The notes below the pieces were generated by a model. It did not search any database. It saw nothing but the letters and a program-made list of their open reading frames with translations, and had not been told where the DNA came from. From Octopus bimaculoides (taxonomy: Eukaryota), in assembly GCF_001194135.2 (NCBI RefSeq), contig NC_068982.1:66778118-66834982 (forward strand): a stretch of DNA of 56,865 nucleotides. Direction: 5' to 3'. Every line of letters begins with the position of its first letter. Position 1 is the stretch's first letter. Below, piece by piece: positions 40,051 through 54,242 of this stretch. The position numbers and the translations under genes are program-made.

Positions 40051-42366
40051 CTCTACAATAAGATCTCCATCTTCAATAGATAACAATTCTAGTGGAGGGG
40101 GTGATTTACAGTCAGATTTAATCCTTATAGCAGTCATGCTTACTTCACACATGCTAGATAAACTTGCACTACAGCCCCGTACTGGCCGGAAGGCACTTCC
40201 AGGACCACCAAGTTTAGCATATTTCCCCTGGGGTACACTCGGCTGCCCTCCACTACTACAGGGACTAGATTTCCCAAAGCTAGTTGATGTAGGTAAATGT
40301 ATGGTTTTTCTTTCAAGAGAAATAAACTTTGATATACAAAGATTGTAAACATCCACTTGAGTAGGATAAAGGTTATACATTTGTATCAACTGATAAAGAC
40401 TAGCATTTGGCACAGAATCAGGAGTTGGGGTTACTGGAGACTTGCTTCCAGACTGAGTGGGACTTGATATAGAATTGATACTATTATCATTTAGAGCAGT
40501 AATGTTAGTTTTCCTAGGGCTCATAGTTTGTGAAAAAGATTTTGTAGTCTCTAGAATTGTGTGTGGATTATCTAACTTTCTGGAAGACCTAGAGTAAAGT
40601 GTTTGACTTGATAGGCTTTTTGGTTCCCATTTGCTGCCATTATATAAAGAAGCTGACTTTGCGGATAAAAGAGTTGAATATTCTTGCTCATGCTTCGATT
40701 TCGGAGAATGTTGGTAGAGGTAGCTTTTACTTGTTGAAAGTGTGTTTGCTTTCAAGCAGTCAACTGAGCCATATTCTTTAGTTTTCACTAGCCTTTTGTC
40801 AAATTCTGGTTTGTAGTAGCCAGGTGCTTTGAGTTTACTTGAAGAATGACATGGCTCAATTTCTGTGTCAATAGTACTATAGCCAGAATCTACAGTGCTG
40901 CTGTGAGAACGAGCATTTATCTGGCTTGTAAGATTACTGTCAGAGTTCTCAACACAGACCACAGGCACAACTTGTTTCCATTCAACTGGAGGTTGGCTCT
41001 GATGAAGATTAGTTTCAACTGAAAGATCTTGTAAACTTCGGAACTTCCAGACATCTGCAGCACTTTCAATAGGTTTAAATTTTAGTTTATCTGAGCAGTT
41101 ATCATCAGTATCAATGTCATTTAGAGAGAGGAGAGAAGAGACTTCATAGTCTAAAGGTGTATCAGCATGCTGGCTATTGTTTGAACTTCCAGCACTACAC
41201 AATAAAATTCGCTGCTTCATCAATTCTGTGAACTTACGACGCTTTTCATCTATACTTTGACTGGGAACACGTGGTAAGCTCCTTCTAGGTTTAAGCTTGT
41301 TAATAGAATCAGTACTTCCATATTTTCGATGTTGATCAAGAACATTACTTTTAGAAAATGTATGGATTTGAGTCATTGGTTTTGGTGGGTCATTGTAAAG
41401 ATTGTGACTTTCTTGTTGTGGGACAGAATTGGCTTTCGAAATTTTATTGATTTGTCTAGATAGGGATGCATTCAGTGGGTGGAAAACTTTTGTACTTCTA
41501 TAACGTTGTTGACCATCTGATACAGTTTTCTGTAGAGGTGTTTCATGTTTTTGTATATGTACCTGAGGACTTTGTTGTTTTAAGTGTGATGTCGAGGAGT
41601 GTGGATGCTGATTGTCATGAGTCATATGTGATACGGGTCGGCTGGAATATTGTAATGATGACTTAGATAGACTGCGATGCAAAGTATCAGATGATTGTGT
41701 TTTTTTACAACTATTTACTGTGTCTAAACTATGAGACTGAGAATCTTGAAGTGATTTAGTTTTATCAAGTCGATGGGAATAGAGGCCACTTGCTGTCTTT
41801 TGTGCCGTTAATCGAGAAGTGGTCCTACTTAAAGTGCTTGTTAAAGTTCGGCTGGAAGATGCAGAGGAAAGCTTTGTGGAAGCAGGCTCATGAGATTTCT
41901 GTGAACTGTTGGGTAATGATAGCCTGGGCTCACTTGTCAGATCCCCAAGACTCTGGGAGCGATTTGCATAATCGATATTTTGTGAAAGATTATGCTGACT
42001 TTTGGTAAGTCTTTTAGTTGTTGAAACTGGTGATCTGGTTACCTTCCGACTAGTATGTTGTGAGAGCTGGCGTTGTATCCCAGTTGTAGTAGAACGTGGT
42101 GGAACCGAAGAATCAGAAAGGTAACGACAAGTTCGTCGGTGGACATTGTTGTTAATCTCTGTTCGCTGTCGAATACTGTTCTGTTGATGTCTTGGAGGCT
42201 GGCGCTCATCACAAGAGAAGGAACGAGGTAAAGTATGAGTCTTTTTAGATAAAGGGGATTGCATCACTGAATTTTCCTTCCCACATTCTGATAATTGATC
42301 AGTTGATTCAACATTTTGATCATCCTCTTGTTCAGATAACGAATCAGCATCAGATTTCTTCCTTGT
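40051..42366 (-). CDS. 2316-nt internal exon (772 codons), Ser/Thr/Gln-rich, probably disordered; protein family not recognised
   Basis: Uninterrupted ORF bounded by the acceptor ttttattttag (exon starts TRKKSDADS) and the donor gtaagt after LLSIEDGDLIVE. Phase 0 at both ends. Confidence 0.92.
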
Positions 42367-42545
42367 CTAAAATAAAATAAAAAAATTAATTAAATTAATA
42401 TGAAATAGAGATGACTAGAAGATGAACAGAAAGGAGAAAAAATTAAAGATAGAATTTTAATTAATAAAATTGATTTAGTATAAATTTCAGAAAATAAAAA
42501 TGTTTGGAAATAAGAAATGGTAAAAATTTAAAACTGGAATTTTAC

Positions 42546-42650
42546 TTTTGGTTTCTTTGGTTTTTTATCATTTTGAAATATTCCATCTAATTGTTGGCGA
42601 AAATTTTTGTCTCCAGACTTCAGACCAAGCCATTTTTTGGTGTTCATCAT
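42546..42650 (-). CDS. 105-nt exon of the host gene (MMNTKKWLGLKSGDKNFRQQLDGIFQNDKKPKKPK); may contain the start codon
   Basis: Acceptor ttttcttacag, donor gtaaaa. Only frame 0 is open, and it is phase-compatible with the next exon across a 179-nt intron. Confidence 0.78.
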
Positions 42651-43764
42651 CTGTAAGAAAATAATTAAAGATATGAAAAAAATATTAAATATTATTCTCA
42701 GATGAGTCACGCAATCAATTTCTTTATTTAAAACAACAATATAGTCTGGGAACTTTCATCTTGAATGAATACAATATGTTGAATGCTACAAATTGTAAAG
42801 AAAATTATTAATGTACTTGTTACTCATATAGAATCATTGAAATTGCCATAAAATGTTATGAACATCCATGTAATTTTGACATCACTAGACAATAAGGAGA
42901 CACTTCGCTGATTGGCAGCAAAATTCTTATGCATGAAACTCTTGTGAGTTACTTGGTGACCCCATTAGTGTTGGTTCCAGAAAAAAAAAAAATCATCCGA
43001 TACACTCTATAAAGTTCTTGGCAATAAGAAGGGTATCCAGCCATAGAAACCATGACAAAGCAGTCACTGGAGACCAACACAGCCCTCAAGCTAGTCAGAT
43101 CCAATTGAACCGTCCAACCCATGCCAGCATGGAATAATGGATATCAAATGATGTTGATGATGAAATATATCTTCTTTAATGGGAAAGCATGAAAATATCA
43201 AAATATATCTTCAACTAATTGTTTTTATTTTATTTGTTGTTGTTGCTTAAACCCAGGTCATCTCTGACAGAACATGCCAATCAATGATCAAAGGCATTCC
43301 AGACATGGCCATCCCATCTTTTTCTAAGGCATACTTTAGACAGGGTTGCATTATACAATGTATCCATTTTTTTTTAAAGATGGTAAGGAAAAATTTCTTT
43401 TACACATTTTATTCATAAGACAGTAATCATGCTGGGGCACAAGCTTGAAGGCTTTTAGATGGACAAATTGACGTCAGTACTTATATATCTACATATATAT
43501 ATTTTTAAGTCAGGTACTTATTCTATTGGTCTCTTTTGCAGAACCACTAAGTTACAGGGATGTAAACAAACCAACACTGGTTGTCAAGCAGTGAAAACAA
43601 ACACAGACACAAAGATACACACACACACGATAGGATTCCATCTACCATACTCACTCACAAATCATTGGTTGGCTGGGGATGTAATAAAAAACAGTTGTGC
43701 AAAGTGCTGTGCAGTGGGACTGATCCTGAAACCACATGGTTGCAAAACGAGCCCATTGTATATA

Positions 43765-44136
43765 TATGGCTGTGTGGTAAGTAGCTTGCTTACGAACCAC
43801 ATGGTTTCAGGTTCAGTCTCACTGCATGGCACCTTGGGCAAGTGTCTTCTACTATAGCCTCGGGCCGACCAAAGCCTTGTAAGTGGATTTGGTAGACGGA
43901 AACTGAAAGAAGCCCGTCGTATATATGTGTATATGTTTATGTGTCTGTGTTTGTCTCCCCAACATCGCTTGACAACCGATGCTGGTGTGTATACATCCCC
44001 GTAACTTAGCGGTTTGGCAAAAGAGACTGATAGAATAAGTACCAGGCTTACAAAGAACAAGTCCTGGGGTCGATTTGCTCAACTAAAGGCGGTGCTCCAG
44101 CATGACCACAGTCAAATGACTGAAACAAGTAAAAGA
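43765..44136 (+). mobile_element. tRNA-derived SINE, family D, well-preserved copy
   Basis: Head tggctgtgtggtaagtagcttgc...ggttcagtctc; tail aatgactgaaacaagtaaaaga. Confidence 0.88.
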
Positions 44137-44813
44137 GTATATATTTATAGTAATATGTAAAGGTAAAATCCAAGGATCAAGGTGTAGGAAGTTAGTGATC
44201 TTCAAGTAAGCCATAGCATATATAAAAATCAACTTTCAGGAAAAATAGTAGTTTACTGGAGTAGAGGGCTGTGAATTTTTCCTGTATTGAAGATGAAAGG
44301 CTGAAAAAAGTTAATTTTATATTTCACAGTTAGCCACATGAGTTGTTGTATATGGAAATAAACATCCAAAATTTAGGGAAAGGAGTAGATAAAATCCAGG
44401 CTACATATATTTCATAGCTGGCAGAACCTCAGAGGTAGTAAATTATCCAAACGAGGGGTATACCACAAGCTACTCATCAGGCCAAGGATATCTTGATTAT
44501 AGGAAGTTTATATTGTCGTTAGGGGATCCCGTGAAAACTCATTGGGGATTCACTGGATTTTATCAACTCCATTCCCTAAATTATGGATATATATATGTCT
44601 GGCTCTTTTGCCGAACTGCTAAGCTACAAGAACATAAATAAACTAGCACCAGTAGTCAAGGAGTGGTGGGAAACAAACACAAGCATAAAACACAGGCATA
44701 CAAACATACATACATCATCATCATCATCATCATCATCGTTTAACGTCCGCTTTCCATGCTAGCATGGGTTGGACGATTTGACTGAGGACTGGTGAAACCG
44801 GATGGCAACACCA

Positions 44814-44874
<61 letters not shown>

Positions 44875-45089
44875 TGCTGGTTCTAGTTTATGTTCTTGTA
44901 ATTTAGCAGTTTGGCAAAAGAGACAGAGAGAATAAGTACTAGACTTAAAAATTGGGGTCAGTTTGGTTCAACAAAACCCTTCAAGGTGGTGCCCCAGCAT
45001 GGCTACAGTCCAGCGACTGAAACAAGTTACAGATAAAAAATATCGAGGTGATAACAAGTGTCCAACACATCTGGCAATTTGTTGTGCTT

Positions 45090-45472
45090 AAGAAGACACA
45101 TCAAGCTAAGTGAAATTGTGGTCATGGCAAGAGCCTACAACATGTAAAAGGCACCTGTGCTGGCAACACATAGAAGGCACTCGTGCCAGTGATACATAAA
45201 AAGGCACCTGTGCCAGTAACACATAAAATGGCACCCATGCTGGTGACACATAAAAGGCATCCGTGCCAGTGAGATGTAAAAGGCACCCATGCTGGTGATG
45301 CGTAAAAGGCACCTAGTACACTCTGTGGAGTAGTTGGCATTAAGAAGGGCATCTAGCCATAGAAACCAAGCTAAAAGAGACCGGAGACTGATGCAGCTCT
45401 CTAGCTTACCAGCTCCAGTCAAACCATCTTAGCCATGCTAGCATGGAAAACAGACACTAAATGATGATGATG
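45090..45472 (+). mobile_element. Family E repeat with an internal minisatellite of about 29 bp
   Basis: Six to seven units of aaaggcacc(c/t)gtgc(c/t)(a/g)gtga.ac.t at about 45145-45315, followed by the (GAT)n-tailed end. Confidence 0.8.
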
Positions 45473-45995
45473 ATAGGTCCAACTAATGATATTGTAAATA
45501 TCTGGTTTCTTTATTTTTAAATCTATTTTCTCTGTGACAACAAGGACAGAATGACTTTTGCAAAAGCAATTGATTTTACAGTTGGATAACATTACAGCCA
45601 TTAATCACTGGAGTGTGAAGTGGGAAATGGAACCTGATATGTTGGTTAGGTAAACCAGAATGATGAGCATTATGTGTTTTACTCAAAGATTATTGTTGTT
45701 TAGCTCTAGGTCAATATTGATACAGAAAACCTTTGACTGAATGTTCCATAATTTTAATGTCCAATTCTCCATGTTCAAATGGGTTGGATGGGTTTAGGAA
45801 GTGGTTTTACTTGGTTATGGGTCGGCGTTCACCATATATATAAACACATATATATATGATGGTAATCTCTTGAAGTCAGAGAAAGATCGCTCTGGAATTT
45901 TTTGCTTAACAGCCTACTACCCAATGCAGACACTGAAACCATGATCGTATGATCATGAGCACAACACCTTAACCACTAGGCCATGCACCCTCACA

Positions 45996-46080
<85 letters not shown>

Positions 46081-46683
46081 TAGATACACACACACATGCA
46101 TACAATGGGCTTCCACAGTTTCCATTTACCAAATGCCACTCACAAGTTATCAGGTCATTGGTCAATTTCAGATTATAGCAGAAGACACTTGGTTAAGGTA
46201 CCATTTAATGGGATCAAATCAGAAACTTTATGGTTGCAAAACAAACTTCATAACCATACAGCCACACTTGCATCAAGAACTATATCTATTGACGACTTAG
46301 AAGTGTTTTATCAAAAGTGGTTCAATGAATCAGTTGAGTAATATGCTGGACCTTTATGCCTTTATGTCATGAGTTCACATTACACAAAAGTCATTGAATT
46401 ATGACTTGGCCAAATACTTAAGTTTTCAAGTGTGTTGACATATTTTCAGCCAGGTTATTGTTAAGTGGAATCATTCAAAAGATGTCCCAGTATGAAACCC
46501 TGTCTTTGTGTTTGACACCATTTAATCCTACTCTTCCTCTCTCCTTCTCCATGCTTTCTCTCTGTTATGTACTTCAGAGAAGATGACACCTATGTATCAC
46601 ACATCCTAGAAATGTTAAGTAACTTATTCCATTAGAAACTAATTATCGTTCTATCAAAAACTTGTAAAGTAATGAGACAACTC

Positions 46684-47400
46684 ATCATCATCATCATCAT
46701 CGTTTAACGTCCGCTTTCCATGCTAGCATGGGTTGGACGATTTGACTAAGGACTGGCAAACCAGATGGCTGCACCACACTCCAATCTGATCTGGCAGAAT
46801 TTCTACAGCACGATGCCCTTCCTAACGCCAACCACTCCGAGAGTGTAGTGGGTGCTTTTATGTGCCATCGGCACGTGGGCCAGTCAGGTGGTACTGGCAA
46901 CGGCCACACTCAAATGGTGTTTTTTATGTGGCACCTGCACTGGCAACGGCCTCGCTCAAATTTTTTTTTGTGTCACTGGAACAAGTGCCAGTAAGGCAAT
47001 GCAAGTAACGATCACACTCAAATGGTGCTTTTTACGTGCCACCGGCATGGGAGCCAGACAGCTGCTCTAGAAATGATTACGCTCGGATGGTGCTGTTAGT
47101 GCTCCACTGGCACGGGTGCCAGTCATCAAATTTGGTTCAATTTCGATTTCACTTGCCCCAACAGGTCTTTGTAAGCAGAGTTTAGTGTCCAATGAAGGAA
47201 AGGTTGGCATGGGTGCCAGTCGTCGAGTTTGGTTCGATTTCGATTTCACTTGCCTGAACAGGTCTTCACAAGCAGAGTTTTAGTGTCCAATGAAGGAAAG
47301 GTATGCATAAGTGGGCTGGCTACACCCCTGGCAAAGGCCACAGGTTATGGTCTCACTTGGCTTGCCGGGTCATCTCGCGCACAGCATATTTCCAAAGGTC
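46684..47400 (-). mobile_element. Long family E repeat with an internal direct duplication of about 80 bp
   Basis: (cat)n tail at 46684. The segment tttggttc.atttcgatttcacttgcc...ccaatgaaggaaaggt occurs twice, at about 47130-47205 and 47227-47302. Confidence 0.8.
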
Positions 47401-47586
47401 TTGGTCACAACTATAAATTAATATTCCTTACAACTTAAAAATCTCCTTCCCTTAAGCTAAAACTTTTGTTATCCTAATCAACCACCAGCTACAGATCTAC
47501 ATTCATGTTATCATTTTCCAACTGGTCTTCATTTCCAAATATGTTACATGCCCTTAGAGCTTTGCAAACTTGAAACTAACAAAATA

Positions 47587-47630
<44 letters not shown>

Positions 47631-48129
47631 CAGAAATATGAGAGGACACTGCTAGAAACTGACTCTCCATCAGTTATAACAATGAGGGCGCCACTTGATC
47701 TGATTAACAGAATGGCCTGCTTGTGAAATTAATGTGCAAGTGGCTGAGCACTTCACAAATACATGTGCACTTAATGTAGTTCTGAGGGAGATTCAGTATG
47801 ACATTGAGTGTGACAAGGTTGGCCCTTTGAAATACAGGCACAACTTATTTTTGCCAGCTGAGTGGACTGGAGCAACATGAAATAAAGTGTCTTGCTCAAG
47901 GACACAATGCACTGCCAGATATCAAACTCACAACCTTATGATTGTGAGCTGAATGCCTTAGCCACTAAGCCATGCACCTTCACTGCATTGCTAGAAGACT
48001 GATATAAAATAACAATAATAAATATTTAAAAACCATATTTCCAGCAAAAATCAGGAGTTGGCTTTGTGGACTCCATGGTAGTCTTTTAATCATATTCATC
48101 ATTGTCCTACTTTTGAAGGAGTGGTTTAT

Positions 48130-48341
48130 CCCTTTAGCATTCAGATTACTCTGTCAAATGTAATGCTTATTCATTCTTTATTTAAAATTAATCATGCATT
48201 ATCTTGTAGCTTTGAGATTTTCATAATGTGATTGCTTATTTTTAGTAGAGTAGATGTGAGAGGCTAGATAGATCTGGCTGGTTTGAACATAAAATAGGTA
48301 GAATATTTAAGCTGGATATGGCCGGTTTGAATGCTAAAGAA
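48130..48341. mobile_element. Degenerate MITE with ccctttagcattc-type termini
   Basis: ccctttagcattc at the left end and gaatgctaaagaa at the right end. The flanks only resemble TTAA. Confidence 0.6.
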
Positions 48342-49360
48342 TAAGATGTAAAGATCTCATTCATAGAAACAATGAAGTTGTTGTTGTCATTGTCGTCAGC
48401 CATGCTGGCATGAGTTGGCTAGTTTGACAGGAGCTGGCCAGTTGAGGAGCTGTTCAGACTCCAACTGTCATTTGTGGCATGGTTTCTATGGCTGGATGTC
48501 CTTCCTAAAGCCAAAATCTGGCAGAAAGTGTCAGGTGCATTTGTGTGTGGATGTTAGCTGTTTATAGAAGGTTTACTCTTTTGATACCAAAGCACCTGAG
48601 ACCATCCTTGTACCTGTGATGCAAATTTCCCATTTCAAAGTGGCATAAGTTTTAACGTTTCATCAAGATTTCATGTTAATGTATAATCCCCCACACCAGC
48701 CCAATAAGTATAGCTGCTTCACCAAATTCTTAAGTTCTTCATTATTTTCAAAATAAGTGTATTTCAACCGAAATATAGTAGCAAAAAGGTCAAGGAGAAT
48801 TAAAAGTGATATCATTTTTAAAATAGGAACCTATGTGATTAGAAGTAGCACCCAACAGGTATGGAAGGAAGAGTGTCCATGTCAGAGACACAATCATACT
48901 TCAGGTCAAATGAGTCTGAAGTTCTGATTAATCTCCATAGTAACAAAAATTATTAAGTGATATCTGTTTAGTTTTGCTGATACAATGTAAGATTAGTTCA
49001 TATAGCAACACATCCAGATCAAACATATGACTTTTCTCTGAAGTCTAAATAAGAGAATTTAACAGAATGCTAAACACTCACATTCTGCAATTTACTTTGA
49101 AAAGAAAATAGTTACATTACTAATCAGAAAGAGGATAAAGTTGTATTAGAAATAAATTAATATCACAGTAAATAGAAGTGTTAGTTCACATGCAGGAGCC
49201 AGTCTAGACTATATTTTGCTAAAATAAATTAATCCTTCACACATAAACATAATTATGATTATAAACATAGATGGACTATATTTTCCCTCTGTCCCTTCTA
49301 CCACTACAACAATTACTCCAGTTCCTCTTAACTTGTGAATTCCGTCTTGCTTTTCCTTAC

Positions 49361-49457
49361 ACTGGAATGACACTGCTGGGTCTGGCTATTTGGACACAGA
49401 TGCTTTGGCACAGCTGACTGGACATGCAAACTGTTTTGGCAACAATATATTTTGGTG
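49361..49457 (-). other. Candidate 97-nt upstream exon (UTR or coding) of the host gene
   Basis: Acceptor tttgccttcag, donor gtaagg, unique GC-richer sequence. No homology support. Confidence 0.3.
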
Positions 49458-50519
49458 CTGAAGGCAAACACACACACACATATGCAGAAATATACAAGGA
49501 GGGAGAGAGAGAAAGAGAGAGAGAGGGGAGGAGATGGAGAGAGACATATTTATATATATATAGAGAGAGAGAGAAAAAGCAGGTAGAGGGAGGGAGGGAG
49601 AGAGAAGGTGGAGATAGTGAGAGACATAATTTATTTATTGAACACAATTGACATAAACACCTTCCTTTCAGCTCATACACATAAAGAGAAATATGCTCAC
49701 ACACATAGACACAGAGAGAAATGAAATGTTTTGGCATTAGAGGCAAACACTCACACATACACATGCATGTGCATGAGCAGAAATATACACATACATAGAG
49801 GGAGAGTAAGAGAGTGAGAGGAGGAGGTGGTGATGGCATTGGCATCGTCATCAACCATCAGCACCAACATTGTCCTTACTTCCTCTTTTCCATGCTTTTA
49901 AGGGTCAGATGGAATTTGGTTAAAGCAGATTGTTTTTTTGCTATGGCCTGTGCCCTTCCTGTAGTGTCAATCTTCACCTGTTTTACAAGCAAGGTAATAT
50001 TTTCCCCCCTATAGCCAGACATGTTTTCACTGAAGATTGGAAACAAAAGGACACTGCTTGCATTATGGTGACACTTGCTCACAACAATTGCATGATGTCA
50101 AGACAAAGAAACACAAATATACACACTCATGCACATACACAGATGCAATGGGTCTTTTCAGTTTCTGCCTACCAAATCCACTCACAAGGCTTTGCTCAGC
50201 TCAGAGCTTAGTAGAGGACACTTGATCAAGGTGCCATGCATCCCAAAGCAAACTTCTTAACAACCTGACTGATTGAAGCAAGGAAGAAATAGAGAGAATA
50301 TGTTTGAGGTTTTGGACAAAAATCTTTCAATAGGATAGAAAAAGGAGAAAAATAAAATTTGGAAATACTAGCTGGTATGGCTGTGTGGTTAAGCAGCTTG
50401 CTTGGCAATTAAGTGGTTTTTGGTTCAATACCAGGCCAACCAAGTGAGTGAATTTGGTAGATGGAAGCCTGATGTGTGTGTATGTGTGGCCTGATGTGTG
50501 CGTATGTGTGTGTATGGAG

Positions 50520-50550
<31 letters not shown>

Positions 50551-52774
50551 TGTGCACGTTTTTATGTTTGTGTTTGTCATCCAACCACTACCTCACAACT
50601 AGTGTTGGTCTGTTTACATCCCTGTAACTTAGTAGTTTGGCAAAAATGGTAGATTATGTATCAAACTTAAAAAAAATACTAAGTACAGGGGCTGATTTGT
50701 TCATCTAAAATCTTTCAAGATGATGCCCCAGTATGGCCACAGTCCACTGACTGAAACAAGTAAAACAGAATATTATTTGCTTGGACACAGGACCATTACA
50801 CAAATTACAAAATGAAATTTAACCACTGTAGCTTAGTATAAACTGATATTTCATGCCTCAAAAGTTTTGGTAGGAGAGACATATAAATATATATATATAT
50901 ATATATCATATAGACTTGTTTATCTCACATGAGTGTGATAAATTAAGTCAGACATTAAATGTCTGTTTTTCTCCTTGACTTTTCATTCATCATAAAATTC
51001 TTTGATAGACAGTTATCATTATTGACTCCAGAGGTTTATATTATCATCATCACCACCACAGAAACCACCACCACTACCACCAGTGCTGTCACCACACAAC
51101 CACCACCAATGCTGTTGTAACTGCCACTATGATGGCTGCCACCAATACCATTATCATCATGATCATCACCAGCACGATACAGTCATCACTACCGCCACCA
51201 CCACCACTGCAGCTGTCACCACCACCACCACTGCAATCATCACCTTCACCACCATCACCATCATCCTCACTACCTCCACCATTAAATCCAGTTACCCACG
51301 CTTGCATGTATAGGACAGGACTTTTCTATCATGGTGTCTTGCTATTTATTTCTGTGCTTTGTTGCCTCATCCATGAGGCTCATCAACCTCCAAAGATCCT
51401 CTTTCTCCACATATCACTTCTTTCCCCTCTTACCACATTGTTATTCTCCACATCATATGTGTGCACCAGATCAATCTTCTCTCTTGCACACTACATCAGA
51501 ATCTTTTTGCACTTGGGTTTTCTTTCAGAAATCATTTGCATTCAGTTATTCATGCTTACTAACATTATATAATACAATTAGTAGAGCAGGCTGGCTTCAT
51601 TTCTCCAGGATTAGCTCATAGATGCAGGCACAACTGTGTGGTTAAGAAGCTTGCTTTGCAGCCACTTGGTTTCAAGTTCACTCTCCACAGTTTCTGTCAA
51701 ACAAATTCATTCATAAGGCATTGGTTGGTCTGGAGCTAGAGAAGACATTTGTCCAAGGTGCTACAAAGTGAAACTGAACCTAAACCACATGGTTGCAAAG
51801 CCAGCTTCTTAATCACCCTGTGTAACCTGTACCTGAGGTAAATAAAATGAAAATACCTCAACTAGGAACCAAAACTGAATGGTATAGTAGGAAACTTAGT
51901 GTCTTCTGTGGTAGTTTGAACTTTAGCAAAGACATTCATCAGTAAAACCCAAAACCTAATCATAATGATTTGAGAGAGAAAGGTGGTGGGAGAGAGAAAG
52001 GTGGTGGGAGATAGAAGAGAAGGCAAGTAAGCGTGAGGAGGAAAAGAAAGAAGGGAAAGAGGAAGATAGAAGTGAGAAGAAAGAAGTAAGGAAAAGAGAA
52101 AGATAGAGAGGTGAGAAGAAAAGAGTAAGAGAGAAACAGGTAAGGGGAGAGGAAAATAGAAATTTGGTCTAATGTGAAATCAAGAGTTCATTAATATTGT
52201 GCAATAAATTATTTGATAATTTTCATCAATATTGGAAGCTATTGATAAACAATGGTATTATATAAATATTGCTCTGATCAGAATGATGGAACTAAAGACA
52301 ATTAGTTTTTATTTTTATAATCTTATAGTTGGTAAGGAAAGCAATACCCATGACCCATTTACAGAGCCTTCCAGACTGCTGAGACAGAGGAAATTACCCT
52401 CAAACCAGATGCCTGGCCTAAATGTTTGCATTAGAGTGGGGTCTGCTAAAGGTATACAAGGTGCCAGATGACATCTACGACCCTATAGTTGGATTTGATC
52501 TCAGAACACAAAGGATTGGAACAAATACAAGGTACCTGGTCTGATTTTCTTATTGTTCTACCAATTCACTGCCCTAGTTTGGTACATTTCTTATCCTCCC
52601 CCACATTCTAATTTTGGCACAAGGCCAGAAATTTTGAGGGGAAGGAACAAGTTGATTGCATCAACCCCAGTGATCAACTGGTGCTTGTTTTATTAACCTT
52701 GAAAAGATGAAAGGCAAAGTACACTTTGGCAGCATTTGAACTCAGAATCAATAGAGTTGAACAGGAGATCACGG

Positions 52775-53330
52775 TAACATCACTTCGATCAGACATGCTC
52801 CAGCTCTCCAGGAGTACATAAACAATTATCATGGTTAAACTTATAATGCCCTGAAAGAACAGACTCGATGTTTCTGATCAGGTAAAGAAAACCAAATATC
52901 AAAATATATCAGGACTTCGTCAATGAGGCTCATATCAAGGGATGGCATATGGCCTCTTTCTCTATTGAAGCCAGCCATGGCTTTCCAGCTGGATCAGTGC
53001 ACTATTTCCTACAGAAGATAGGTCTGGAACCCAGACAACTGAAGAAAGTCTTCAATGAGATCGACACTGCAGCTGAAACAGGCTCAAAATGGCTATGGTT
53101 GATAAGAAACTGCAAGTGGAATTCTTCTGTAGGTGAAGATTACTTCTGTCCTTGCAGCCCCACTCAGGTGGAGCATGCAGTACAGCCTAAGGGGCGAACA
53201 CTTGTGACCTTGAGGTTCCTGCTGACGATATGGAAAGGTTTCTAGCATTGTGATGGATTTAGAAGAGCTTGCAAAACCTCTGAGTAGCTCCTGCAGTTTC
53301 TGCATGGGGCTAAGTATCACCTGAAGCATT
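52775..53330 (+). mobile_element. HERO-like non-LTR retrotransposon 3' fragment (restriction-like endonuclease plus 3' UTR)
   Basis: TSLRSDM..SRST*TIIMVKLIMP*KNRLDVS..KKTKYQ, then after a frameshift KGWHMASFSIEASHGFPA...AAETGSKWLWLIR. This matches the pattern SLRPD..ELTVPWE..K..KY..GW..EVG.RGF..AE.AS.WLW. Confidence 0.75.
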
Positions 53331-54242
53331 CAATCTAACATTCTAATGACTCTGTCAATTCATCACCATCTGTGTTATGTTTCCAGCAGAGAGAATGAAC
53401 CAATTCCATTGAAACCCTTTACTAAACACACACTAATAATTTTAGTCTCTAGTTTGAAGGTAGCTTCCTGCTTTCCCTCTCACCAATCACATATGTCTCT
53501 GTAAAGCATTATAGGTTCTCAAACACTGCCTTTGCTCCTGACTAAAAGATGAAACAAATAAAATAACAAGAACACCACCAGAAACAATAACAAAATATCA
53601 AAGTAGAGAAAAATTTACACAATATGGAAAATAAAAAAAATAAACATATTTTATAGAACATTAGTTTTATACTTATATTAACTTTGACAATACAAAACAT
53701 CTAAATTCACAATCTAGGTTGTATTTTTTTCCCCAGAAGACAGGAAAGCATTTAAAGAAAGTAATTCAAATATAGTACATGAAAGAAAAAGTAATAGAGC
53801 AAGAATACCAAGAAATATTGCAGAAATAGTGAAAATAAAAAACAAAAAAGTAATGAAGCCAATAAAATTTTATATTCAGTGAATATAAAAATTTGGTCGC
53901 TGAATGAAATGTTACATTAATATTGAATAAGCAAAAGTGCCAAACTTTAAAAATATCCTCTAATGGGATCAACTGAAGTCTGGTGCTACCTGAAGGAGAA
54001 ACAAATCTCCATGTAAGTGAAGTCTTTAATGTTGCTTTGATAAGAGTGAAATAGCTTTTAAAGAACACATTTTATTGCTGTCTTTTATTATTAATGGTCT
54101 TTGACATGACAGAAACCAAACTTCACTCAATTCTTGCTCGGCATTTAATCAGCAGTCTGTGTTTAGAAGTCAAAAATTATAAAATAAAGAAAAATTTTCC
54201 AAGATTTTTTTATGATGTCTTCATTATTATTATTATTATTAT

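Noticed and set aside
45140-45320. CRISPR array
   Set aside because: Eukaryotic context, no unique spacers, degenerate tandem units inside a SINE-like repeat, and no cas genes.
51040-51620. Pro/Thr-rich ORFs (147 aa, 96 aa, 76 aa)
   Set aside because: They derive from (CAC)/(CAT) low-complexity sequence; no splice or domain support.
53220-53250. Minimal hammerhead ctgacga-tatg-gaaa
   Set aside because: Four nt between the boxes cannot form helix II, and stems I and III do not pair.
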